Positions 1 through 8,689 are shown, counted from the stretch's first letter. The stretch: 49,284 nt of DNA from Promethearchaeota archaeon (GCA_004524535.1 SDNY01000009.1:1-49284), one strand, 5' to 3'. Made by a program: numbers and translations. Notes: a model not told the origin generated them from the sequence alone.

Positions 1-1139
1 ACATTCATGAAATAATAGACGCAATTTAAGGGGTCATTTAAAATATATTTTTTTTCAAGAATTGATTTTCTAGAAGGGCTTATTATCCCAATCCTTTGGA
101 TCATTTCAATTAAATTCTTAAATTCTTGAAGATTTTTCTCATATTCTAGTGATTCACATGAGACATCGAATAATTCTTTTAGTTCTTTTGAAGTAATATA
201 ATAATTATATTTATTTATAAATTGGTTAGATAAATTGTCTAGGAAAATTATGGTTAAAAGATCTTCTTCAGAAATGTAGGTAAGCATGCTAAACTCGTCA
301 ATACCTCCAGAAGGTTCAAATTGATTCTGACTTATTTCCAATAATTCGGATTGTTTAATTACATTTTGTTCTTTAAGAATTGGATAAATATCTCGTAATA
401 TCTCCACACCTTTTCCAGGAACGGGGACATAATTTTCAAAGATTAGATCAGTAATAAATTCAATTAACTCTTTATCAATTTCATGTAAGAAAGTCAAAGA
501 GAATCTTTGCTGTAAAATTGAAAAAAGCTCATTATAGCTAAAATAGTTTAATTTCTGTTTTTGATCGAATTCTGATAATATGTCTAAACTCGAAGCTCGC
601 AAAACCATATTTATTGTTGATATTATTGTTGTTTTCGTTTCCTTTGAATAATTCAAGAATTTTTTAAGAAGTTCAGGTTTTAAATGCTCAACGTTGTTAA
701 AGATTAAAAAGAGATACTTATTTAATTTATGAAGTTTTTCACATCCGTGCTTAAATGAATTCCACAATGTTTTTGGATTGAGAATAGAATTGAGGTTAAA
801 ATCAAGATCTTGGAATTTATTCATCTCAATTAATACAGAGCCAATTAATTCTTCTGGATTTTTTTCTTTGCAATCAATTTTAATTGTTCGAAAAGAATCT
901 GGATTCTCATTTTCTAATTGCAAATCTTCTAGAACTTTATTTACAATTACTTTTTTGCCAATTCCTTGAATTCCTTGATATATTATATTTAGGGAATACT
1001 TATCGTAAAGAGAATCTCTTAAAATTGAATGTAATGATTGTTGTTCTTTTTTTCTATGCAATAATTGAGGTGGAACATAGTTTACATCAAATATCGCTCG
1101 AGGGCCAACATATATATTATAATTTGGTTTACATATCAT
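1..1139 (-). CDS. Orc1/Cdc6-like AAA+ protein with degenerate Walker motifs (3' end runs off the window)
   Basis: Not in the ORF track. Manual translation from ATG at 1139 is open to base 1 (379 full codons): MICKPNYNIYVGPRAIFDVNYVPPQLLHRKKEQQSL (Cdc6 N-terminal 'F..dYvP..L.HR' motif), Walker A-like NIIYQGIQGIGKK, Walker B-like LFLIFNNVEHL, 'YFSYNELFSILQQR', and a C-terminal winged helix ITSKELKELFDVSCESLEY...FKNLIEMIQRIGII. Confidence 0.85.
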   Translation of the reverse strand, partial: MICKPNYNIYVGPRAIFDVNYVPPQLLHRKKEQQSLHSILRDSLYDKYSLNIIYQGIQGIGKKVIVNKVLEDLQLENENPDSFRTIKIDCKEKNPEELIGSVLIEMNKFQDLDFNLNSILNPKTLWNSFKHGCEKLHKLNKYLFLIFNNVEHLKPELLKKFLNYSKETKTTIISTINMVLRASSLDILSEFDQKQKLNYFSYNELFSILQQRFSLTFLHEIDKELIEFITDLIFENYVPVPGKGVEILRDIYPILKEQNVIKQSELLEISQNQFEPSGGIDEFSMLTYISEEDLLTIIFLDNLSNQFINKYNYYITSKELKELFDVSCESLEYEKNLQEFKNLIEMIQRIGIISPSRKSILEKKYILNDPLNCVYYFMN

Positions 1140-1240
1140 TTTAATAAAGTTTAGTTCTTTTTAATTAAATTTTTAAATATATATTTAAACCCCACTGAGA
1201 GTGACCCCCCACTAAAAGTAAAAATAAAATTAAATTTAAT

Positions 1241-2191
1241 TTAATGGAAGTTTTCCAGTAAATTTTTTATATTATTAGCTAAAATTGGAAGATATTCATA
1301 AGATCTAGCTTTTATTTTCTTATTAAGGCAGAGAGAGATCAAATATAATCTTTCATTCTTAACATCCAATTTTCTTAGAAAAATTATTCCTTCCTTTTCA
1401 TTTTCAGAATCCTCGTGCGAAAATTCAATATTAGTAACGATATCTAAAGTATTAATACCCCATTCTTCTAATTTTTCTAAAGTATAGGCGAGCCGAGGTG
1501 CAATTGAGTCGCAAATCTGTTGATAAGATTCTTTTGTAGATCTACTTGCGATTATAAATGAGTGTTGATCCAATAAAACTGCGGCCGATGAGTAGGTTGT
1601 TTTAGTATATTCTTTTAGAAGGTTTTGTATTAATTTTGATCTTTGGGTTATAGAAATAGCTCCGTCAGAAAATGCTCTAATCAGAGTTGATTCATCATAA
1701 ATTGTAGTTTCATAGAAAGAAAAATTAATATTTTGATTAATATCTTTTATTTCCTTTTCAAGAAAATTGATATTATTCATGATGTCGTTTTTATTTTTTA
1801 TATCAGGATCGTTCTTATGAAAGAGAATGAGAAATTGAGTAAAATCAGGATTAATCTCTAGAACCACGTTAACAATTTCTTTTAAATAATTTAGTGCTTC
1901 TTCAAATCTCTCTTTATTTTGAAGATCAATTATATAAAAAAATGATTGTAAATAAGAGAAATATTTACTTTTATGTTCTAGATATGTTTTTCTATAGCTA
2001 ACTTGGCCCCCTAAATCCCAGTTGGAGATCTCTAAGCCTAGCAATGAGATCTTCTGGGTTACTACTTTTGATTTGATTGTAGGTTTTAAAGAGGGCAATA
2101 AACTAAACCTTTTATTTAATAACAATAATATTGATGTTTTACCAGCAGCGTCTAAACCTGCGAATATAATTTTTGATTTGGTTTCAGAAAT
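1241..2191 (-). CDS. Rag/Gtr-like (Arf superfamily) small GTPase with C-terminal roadblock/longin-like domain
   Basis: The frame extends 22 codons upstream of the track start (2125) to ATT at 2191, adding KIIFAGLDAAGKTS (G1). G3 WDLGGQ, G4 LFHKND, G5 FYETTIYDE. The ~130-aa C-terminal domain has the 'SAAVLLDQHSFIIAS' roadblock-like hairpin. Confidence 0.88.
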   Translation of the reverse strand: MSETKSKIIFAGLDAAGKTSILLLLNKRFSLLPSLKPTIKSKVVTQKISLLGLEISNWDLGGQVSYRKTYLEHKSKYFSYLQSFFYIIDLQNKERFEEALNYLKEIVNVVLEINPDFTQFLILFHKNDPDIKNKNDIMNNINFLEKEIKDINQNINFSFYETTIYDESTLIRAFSDGAISITQRSKLIQNLLKEYTKTTYSSAAVLLDQHSFIIASRSTKESYQQICDSIAPRLAYTLEKLEEWGINTLDIVTNIEFSHEDSENEKEGIIFLRKLDVKNERLYLISLCLNKKIKARSYEYLPILANNIKNLLENFH

Positions 2192-2223
2192 CCCTGATCA
2201 CCACTATTTCAATATAATATATT

Positions 2224-3036
2224 TTATTTATTTATTACATTGATTTTAATATTATTTTTTTCAATTTTTTCATTAAAACGAATTTTTCTAATTTTTTTTG
2301 GGAATTTTAAATCAATATCGTCAAAAATATAACCAGAATCCTTCGGTCCCTCAACTATTTTTAATTTTGAAGGAGAAATAAAATTTTTTACAAAAGATAT
2401 AATTTTACTATTGCCAAGAAATCTTCTCTTATTGAAACTTCCCACTGAATTACAGGCGATAATTGGTATCCTATTTTCAAGGGCACGGGCTTGAAGATAA
2501 ATCTTCCAATTATACATTCCTTCTTCCCTTATTTGAGTTGGTGAAAACAAGACATCAGCGCCATTCTCAGCAGCTAACCGAGGAGTCTCAAAAAAAGCCA
2601 TATCAAAACATATTAAAATAGCAAAAAAGTATTCGTTAAAGGAAAATAAATTGAGTTCATTTCCAGGTTCGAATTGTCCTTTTTCATAACTATATAAATG
2701 TATTTTATCCTGCCGACCAACTTCTTCGCCTTTTTCATTAATAAAATAAGAAGTAATTGTTGGTTTTCTTGAATTTTTTCTTTTTTCCCAAATCGCCCCT
2801 GAAATAATATTTATTTGATATTCACCTGCTATAGTTTTAATAAAAGAATAATTTTCTCCTCTTTCTTTTTGAATATTTTGGGAAATATCATTTAAAAGAG
2901 GAACCCATCTTTCTGGTAAACATATAATGTCAATTTTAGCTACTTGATCAATTAACATCTTCAATAAATATTCAATCTCAGAGTAGCATTTCTTTATACT
3001 TTGATGAATTTTTGGTTGAATACATGCAATTATCAT
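2224..3036 (-). CDS. Carbon-nitrogen hydrolase (nitrilase/amidase superfamily)
   Basis: Glu-Lys-Cys triad motifs CLPE, QDKIHL, LICFD; also ARALEN and FLGNSKI. Confidence 0.92.
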   Translation of the reverse strand: MIIACIQPKIHQSIKKCYSEIEYLLKMLIDQVAKIDIICLPERWVPLLNDISQNIQKERGENYSFIKTIAGEYQINIISGAIWEKRKNSRKPTITSYFINEKGEEVGRQDKIHLYSYEKGQFEPGNELNLFSFNEYFFAILICFDMAFFETPRLAAENGADVLFSPTQIREEGMYNWKIYLQARALENRIPIIACNSVGSFNKRRFLGNSKIISFVKNFISPSKLKIVEGPKDSGYIFDDIDLKFPKKIRKIRFNEKIEKNNIKINVINK

Positions 3037-3057
3037 GTAAAATAATCTTTATATAAT

Positions 3058-3804
3058 TTAATTATTATTAATTTCGTCTATTATATTAAAAAGTTCATTT
3101 AAATTAGAAATTTCATAATCGGGTTTAGTTTCGTGCGGTATTTTGACACCTGTTTTATAAGAATCATACTTTCCCCCTCTGTGAATATATACGCTATGAA
3201 TGTTATTTAAAAGAGCTGGAATAATATCCTTATCAATTCTATCGCCGACATAGATACATTCTGGCCCTTTTATACCAAATTTTTTTAAACAATGATCAAA
3301 AAGTTGGGGATTAGGCTTTCTTACTCCGATCTCATCTGAAATTACGGTTAAATCTATTAAATCATCTATGCCTAATCTTAAAATTTTTTCATATTGTTTA
3401 ATTGGAAGCCCGTCGGTTATAATTGCTGTTTTAATAGACATCTCGTTTAACTTTTTTAAACATGGTTCTACGTCATCATACAATTTAATAGAATTAATTT
3501 TCTCACCGTGATAAGCCATTACTGCGGCAGATATAAATTTAAATTGATAAGAATATGAGATTGGTTCTGCTATTTCCTCAAGGCGATTATATCTTCGAAT
3601 GAAATAATTATAATGTTTAGAGGAATTAGACCCATACTCCTTAACAATCTCTTGAATAATTTTTATAGCTTTTTCTCGATCAATTTTTAAACCTAATTCA
3701 ATCATAGCTTCTATGCCTTTAATTCTAGCTCTTTCAGATAATCCAGTAGAATCAAAGAGACAGTCATCCAGATCGAATCCTACGAGTTTTATTTTTGGGG
3801 TCAT
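3058..3804 (-). CDS. HAD-superfamily hydrolase (archaeal subfamily IA)
   Basis: Motif I FDLDDCL, motif II IITDG, motif III RKPNP, motif IV YVGDRIDKDI. Confidence 0.93.
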   Translation of the reverse strand: MTPKIKLVGFDLDDCLFDSTGLSERARIKGIEAMIELGLKIDREKAIKIIQEIVKEYGSNSSKHYNYFIRRYNRLEEIAEPISYSYQFKFISAAVMAYHGEKINSIKLYDDVEPCLKKLNEMSIKTAIITDGLPIKQYEKILRLGIDDLIDLTVISDEIGVRKPNPQLFDHCLKKFGIKGPECIYVGDRIDKDIIPALLNNIHSVYIHRGGKYDSYKTGVKIPHETKPDYEISNLNELFNIIDEINNN

Positions 3805-3984
3805 ATTTTTAAAAATAATAACAATTTAATAATACATTTCAATTCTTTTAATTACAAACTTATCTTTGATAAGACGTTTTGATAACATAAATTTATTTAT
3901 TTTTAAAACTATATAATCTTTAATATTAACTTATGATAACCATAAGCATATTAAAAAGAATTTCAGTGTATTTTTAAGAAGATA

Positions 3985-5259
3985 ATGGAGAATTCATATC
4001 TGGACACAATTGTAGCGCTTAGCTATTTTCATAGAAAAATAGGACCTCTAGTATTTTATTCTTATCCTGAAAGCATATTAGATAATGATTTATCTGTTAG
4101 AATAGCGAATATTATGGATCAGACATTTAATGAAGGTTTTTTTACACATTCATTTGAAAATTTAAATAGTATGAATTATTATTTCGAAATTCATTCAGAT
4201 TGGGCACGTGGAAATAAAGAAATGCTAATGATTTCGATTATTTTTAAACAACAAACCTTTCCGGAGATGGAACAAAATGTTTCGGCCCTATCTAAGGAAT
4301 TTTCCGAAAGATTACAAGAAAATGATGAGATTTTTACCGCTTTTTATATTAATGACCTTAATAATTTTGAGGAAAATGATCGTGACAGCATTATTAAAAA
4401 TTATTCTTTAATACTGCTATGGGTTAAGGAATTATATTGGCAAACTATGGAAGAAACTCGAGAAAAGACAGAAGAAGAAAAAATTGCTTATTTATTAAAT
4501 AAAAAACACATATTTTTAACTCTAGGAAAATTATCAAAAGGCCCAATACCTTTAGAAGATTTAGAAGGATGGTTCACTGAAAATTTTCCTGAAATAGATT
4601 TTAATATAATGGTTGATAAATTAATCGAAAAACAATTAATATTTATAAATCAAATTGGATTAGTGGAAAAATATGTACTCTTATTAAAAGAGGTAAATGC
4701 TGAAAGAATACCTCCTGATAGTGTAATTGAATATATTGATGAGAGCCCTGAATTAATTGAATTATTACTCTCGAAAGTTAAAGAATATTTTAGTATTCAT
4801 GAAAATAAAACGGAGGAAGAACTTAAAGAAGACTCATTTACTCTTTTTCAAATAATTTCAGATATTAAAATGTATAATATTCTTTCTGAATTAAGAGCTG
4901 GTTTAATTCGTAGAGATGAGTTGTCAAGTTTAGTCTCAAAGAAAACACTCGACTCTTTAAATGAAATAATAGATTATTTAAAAAAAGTTGACATTATTGA
5001 AGAATTAATATTCGAAGATGAAAAATATATTGTTTTAAAGACAAATTTACAAATAAGTACCTCTTTTCCAAAATATTTAAGGAAGTTATTACCCAGAGAG
5101 GTCAAACCGGTTATTGCAGATAAATATAATCCAAGATTAGCAGAGCTTTTCAAAGATGTAAGGGATAAAGGTTTTATTAAAACGAGTACAGCAAAAATAA
5201 ATAGATTCCTAGGAGATTTATCTTCAGGAGATAAAAAAAAAGATTCTATAAAAAAATAA
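3985..5259 (+). CDS. Longin/uDENN-like domain protein with tandem C-terminal winged helices (NPRL2/folliculin-like)
   Basis: N-terminus LSYFHRKIGPLVFYSYP resembles NPRL2 FSEFHPTLGPKITYQVP; YYFEIHSDWARGNKEMLMISII resembles folliculin HTFFIKDSLARGFQRWYSI; two WH-like repeats end in KLIEKQLIF and YLKKVDIIE. Confidence 0.7.
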   Translation: MENSYLDTIVALSYFHRKIGPLVFYSYPESILDNDLSVRIANIMDQTFNEGFFTHSFENLNSMNYYFEIHSDWARGNKEMLMISIIFKQQTFPEMEQNVSALSKEFSERLQENDEIFTAFYINDLNNFEENDRDSIIKNYSLILLWVKELYWQTMEETREKTEEEKIAYLLNKKHIFLTLGKLSKGPIPLEDLEGWFTENFPEIDFNIMVDKLIEKQLIFINQIGLVEKYVLLLKEVNAERIPPDSVIEYIDESPELIELLLSKVKEYFSIHENKTEEELKEDSFTLFQIISDIKMYNILSELRAGLIRRDELSSLVSKKTLDSLNEIIDYLKKVDIIEELIFEDEKYIVLKTNLQISTSFPKYLRKLLPREVKPVIADKYNPRLAELFKDVRDKGFIKTSTAKINRFLGDLSSGDKKKDSIKK

Positions 5260-5552
5260 CAAATTAGGTTTGAAAAAAACTAATTTTTATAAGGAGATTT
5301 AATCATTTAATAGAAGAAATTAAATAGTAAGAAATTGAATGCTTGCCCAAATAATATTTATCATTGAAAAAAAAAAAGTATTCTCAAGAAATTTAAAGAG
5401 CAAAATAGATTGTCAGACACAAGCGGGATACCCAAATCTGCTTTACCAGAATTAAAACCTTTACCAAATTTAATCGCTTTAGAAGAGAACAAGGATCATA
5501 AATAGAGCAAAAATAAGATTAATAATATATTTAAAAGTTTTTAGTATTTAAA

Positions 5553-5825
5553 ATGTCTAAAGATGAAGATTCTTTTGAGAATGAATCTCACGACGATTTG
5601 AAGTATTTATTAGGAGAGATCGGAATTGACATTTTGTTAGCGATAGATAGTGGAGCAAAGAATTTTAAAACAATACAAATATTTACCGGATGTTCTATTT
5701 CATGCATTAAAGGAAGAATTCCAGTATTGCTCGAACTAGACTTAATTTATAAGAATAATAACGATTATTTTCTAACAGAAAAAGGTATAGATTTTAAAAA
5801 AGAGATGAAAAATGAAACTAAATAG
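5553..5825 (+). CDS. Small winged helix-turn-helix protein
   Basis: ILLAIDSGAKNFKTIQIFTGCSISCIKGRIPVLLELDLI...YFLTEKG, a wHTH pattern with the wing 'Y.LT.KG'. Confidence 0.75.
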   Translation: MSKDEDSFENESHDDLKYLLGEIGIDILLAIDSGAKNFKTIQIFTGCSISCIKGRIPVLLELDLIYKNNNDYFLTEKGIDFKKEMKNETK

Positions 5826-5826
5826 A

Positions 5827-5913
5827 AAGTTATATTTCAGTTTGGAGCGACATCTTCCTTGCTGCCGAGCAAGCAGCTCTATTTGTCATAGAGTTCATCA
5901 TTAATATAAACTT
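5827..5913 (-). ncRNA. Candidate box C/D sRNA
   Basis: On the minus strand: box C ATGATGA (5901-5895), box D CTGA (5840-5837), flanking terminal stem TATATT/AATATA, and a GC-rich interior within an AT-rich intergenic gap. Confidence 0.6.
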
Positions 5914-5944
5914 AATTAAATTAAATTTTTTTACTTTTAAATTT

Positions 5945-6400
5945 TTAATCTTCACTATCTTTTTTGTAATATTTATTTATGTAATATCCTGGCTTTTTAG
6001 GCCCTCCACTCTTTTCAATGAGTTCTTTTAAACCCCCCTCTTTCATAATCTGCTTTTTATACATATTATACTCTTCAAGAGTTAATTTACTTCTTTTCAA
6101 TAAATAATCTAGTATTTCGAAAGCTTCTTCATTTTTAGTACATCTTCTTATAAAATCAATTGCTCCAGGATTAATTAGTTCATTAGGGATACATTCAATT
6201 TGATTTTTATCTTCATCTTTTTGTTCAATTTTATAATTAACGGAATTAATTTTCATTGATTGATTCTTATTAGAGAGCTCTTTCATTAAATGAGGAAAAA
6301 ATTCACTTATTTCATTCTTATCATAAGCGACATTTAAACCCTTTTTTTCTTTAATTTTAGCTTTTTTAAGGGATTTTTTATCCTCTTTATTGTTTTCCAT
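5945..6400 (-). CDS. DUF2095-like conserved archaeal protein
   Basis: FFPHLMKEL, NPGAIDFIRRCTKNEEAFEILDYL and GPKKPGYY motifs; ATG at 6400 preferred over TTG at 6424. Confidence 0.8.
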   Translation of the reverse strand: MENNKEDKKSLKKAKIKEKKGLNVAYDKNEISEFFPHLMKELSNKNQSMKINSVNYKIEQKDEDKNQIECIPNELINPGAIDFIRRCTKNEEAFEILDYLLKRSKLTLEEYNMYKKQIMKEGGLKELIEKSGGPKKPGYYINKYYKKDSED

Positions 6401-6495
6401 CAATTGTTTAACATCAACCAGCAAATAAATCTTAAATTAGTTTATAGATTAAAATAATTTAATTAAAGTAATAAAAATATTTCTTATTAAAGGAA

Positions 6496-7419
6496 ATGAA
6501 AATATTAATTTCGGATAAAATTCAAGAAGAAGGAATTAAGATCCTTCAAGATAGTGGGGTTGAAATCGTAAAAAATTTCTCTATAAGCTCTGAGGAGTTG
6601 AAAAAAGAAATTGAAAAATTTGAAGCAATAGTTATTCGTTCAAGAACAAAATTAACAACTGAAATCTTGGAAAACGCAAAGAATTTAAAAGTAATTGGAA
6701 GGGCGGGTGCTGGTCTTGATAATGTAGACCTAAAAAAGGCAAAAGAATTAGGGATTGAAGTATTTAATACTCCAGAAGCTCCATCTATTTCAGTAGCAGA
6801 ATTAACAATTGGATTAATCTTAAGTTTAGTTAGACATATTTCAAGAGCAGATGAAACTATGCACTGTGGTGAATGGTTAAAAAGCAATTATGTGGGATAT
6901 GTATTAAAGGGAAAAAAAATAGGATTAATAGGGTTTGGCAATATTGGTCAAGAAGTTGCTAAAAGATGTGCTGCATTAGAAATGGTTATTGGGATCTATG
7001 ATGTCGATAAGAATATAAAAGAAAAGGCTCGGGAATTAGGATTCACAGTATATCCATCAATTGATGAGTTAATACAAGATACTCAAATCATCTCATTACA
7101 TATACCTGCAACAGTGGACACTGAAAATACTATTGATGAGAGAAGATTGAATTTAATGAATCAAAATACATTAATAATTAATACAGCTAGAGGTAGCCTT
7201 ATTGAAGAAACAGCATTGATAAAAGCATTGAAAAATAAGAAAATAGGTGGTGCTGCATTAGATGTATATAGAGAAGAGCCTTTAAAGAATAAGGAATTAA
7301 GTGATATAAATGAAAATTTAATACTAACACCTCATATAGGAAGTCAAACTAAAGAAACTCAAATTCAAGCAAGTATTATGATTGCTGAAAAGATTTCAGA
7401 TTTTTTAAAGAATCTTTAA
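6496..7419 (+). CDS. serA: D-3-phosphoglycerate dehydrogenase-like D-2-hydroxyacid dehydrogenase (no ACT domain)
   Basis: IRSRTK, GRAGAGLDNVD, GFGNIG, INTARG, ALDVYREEP, LTPHIG. Confidence 0.85.
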   Translation: MKILISDKIQEEGIKILQDSGVEIVKNFSISSEELKKEIEKFEAIVIRSRTKLTTEILENAKNLKVIGRAGAGLDNVDLKKAKELGIEVFNTPEAPSISVAELTIGLILSLVRHISRADETMHCGEWLKSNYVGYVLKGKKIGLIGFGNIGQEVAKRCAALEMVIGIYDVDKNIKEKARELGFTVYPSIDELIQDTQIISLHIPATVDTENTIDERRLNLMNQNTLIINTARGSLIEETALIKALKNKKIGGAALDVYREEPLKNKELSDINENLILTPHIGSQTKETQIQASIMIAEKISDFLKNL

Positions 7420-7495
7420 TTGGTACGATAAAATAATAAAATTTTTGAATTACATATAATTTTCTTAGATATATAAAACAAGAATGCTATGAATT

Positions 7496-8080
7496 ATGAA
7501 GTCTGGATATAGTTATGTAAAGGACACATTCGAGAAACACGAAAAGGACTATCAGACACCGCATTGGTATCGTGGAATTGAATATAGAAAAGGTAGATCA
7601 ATTCAAAGAGTTGATAGGCCGACAAAGATCCATCGGGCACGCACATTAGGGTATAAAGCAAAACAAGGATATATGATAGTAAGAGCAAGAATAAGAAAAG
7701 GGGGTATGCATAAGGTAAGGCCAAAACGAGGGCGTAAACCACGCGCGATGGGTGTTTCTAAATATACTACGGGTAAAAACTTACAATGGATTGCTGAAGA
7801 AAGAGTTCAAAGCAAATATCCTAACTTACAAATTTTGAATTCATACAAAATATATTCAGATGGGAGACATTGGTATTATGAAGTTATCTTGGTTGATCCA
7901 AATCATCCCGTTATTAAATCTGATGCAAAAATAAATTGGATCTGCGACCCGTCCCATACAAAGAGAGTTACAAGAGGTTTAACTTCTGCAGGAAAAAGAG
8001 CGCGAGGGCTAAGAAAGAAAGGGTGGGGATCTGAGAAGACTCGACCTAGTATAAGAGCAAATAAAGGACGCGGCAAATAA
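7496..8080 (+). CDS. rpl15e: 50S ribosomal protein L15e
   Basis: RARTLGYKAKQG, IAEERV, NLQILNSY, YEVILVDPNHP, RGLTSAGK. Confidence 0.98.
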   Translation: MKSGYSYVKDTFEKHEKDYQTPHWYRGIEYRKGRSIQRVDRPTKIHRARTLGYKAKQGYMIVRARIRKGGMHKVRPKRGRKPRAMGVSKYTTGKNLQWIAEERVQSKYPNLQILNSYKIYSDGRHWYYEVILVDPNHPVIKSDAKINWICDPSHTKRVTRGLTSAGKRARGLRKKGWGSEKTRPSIRANKGRGK

Positions 8081-8221
8081 TTCTATTTTTCTTTCTCTTA
8101 ATGATTTGTTATTAGTTATTCTATAATTATTATTTAGAGTAATTCTAATAAATATCAAAGAATTCTAGTCAAATTGAAAGAATTTTTTTTTCTAAGATTT
8201 AAAAATAAGAAAAAAGTAAAG

Positions 8222-8689
8222 ATGACTCTTAAAATTTATTTAGCTTCATTTGAAAATAAAATTGATATTCATAAAGCATTGATTATTTATTCCAACGAAC
8301 TTGAGCAATTTCAGGAAAATCCAAATGGTGAAATTGCATCAGAGAAATTTTTTGATTATTATTGGACAGAATCACAAAGGTTTCCTATTGTTGCATATAA
8401 TAATGATGAGTTGATTGGATTTTGTTTACTTAGAAATGAGGAAAACCATTATAGCATAGCTGAATTTTATATCAAACCTAAGTTTAGATGTCTCGGCTAT
8501 GGTAAAAAACTGTTGAATTTTACAATAAAGTTTTGCAATAAACAGGGAATTCATTCTTCTATTATTGCAAAATCACTTGAAAAAAATGTAGGAGCAAATA
8601 TCTTTTGGATTAATAATGGATTTATAAGATTAAAAGAAATTGTTTTTGAAAATGAGAGATATAATTGTAATTTAAAAGAATTACGGTAA
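8222..8689 (+). CDS. GNAT family N-acetyltransferase
   Basis: IAEFYIKPKFRCLGYGKKLL (acetyl-CoA motif A), NVGANIFW; ATG at 8222 preferred. Confidence 0.88.
   Translation: MTLKIYLASFENKIDIHKALIIYSNELEQFQENPNGEIASEKFFDYYWTESQRFPIVAYNNDELIGFCLLRNEENHYSIAEFYIKPKFRCLGYGKKLLNFTIKFCNKQGIHSSIIAKSLEKNVGANIFWINNGFIRLKEIVFENERYNCNLKELR

Noticed and set aside
778-1144. Plus-strand ORFs 778-969 and 884-1144
   Set aside because: Antisense shadows of the Cdc6-like gene.
1140-1240. Replication origin next to the cdc6-like gene
   Set aside because: The spacer is only ~100 bp, has no full ORB consensus, and the adjacent protein looks ATPase-dead.
5364-5504. Possible small or frameshifted ORF around an A11 run (…LSDTSGIPKSALPELKPLPNLIALEENKDHK)
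   Set aside because: About 31 codons from a TTG, with no motif or SD; cannot be separated from chance or a homopolymer error.
5845-5895. GC-rich hairpin as a SECIS element
   Set aside because: No adjacent gene shows an in-frame TGA readthrough pattern; the C/D box reading explains more of the features.
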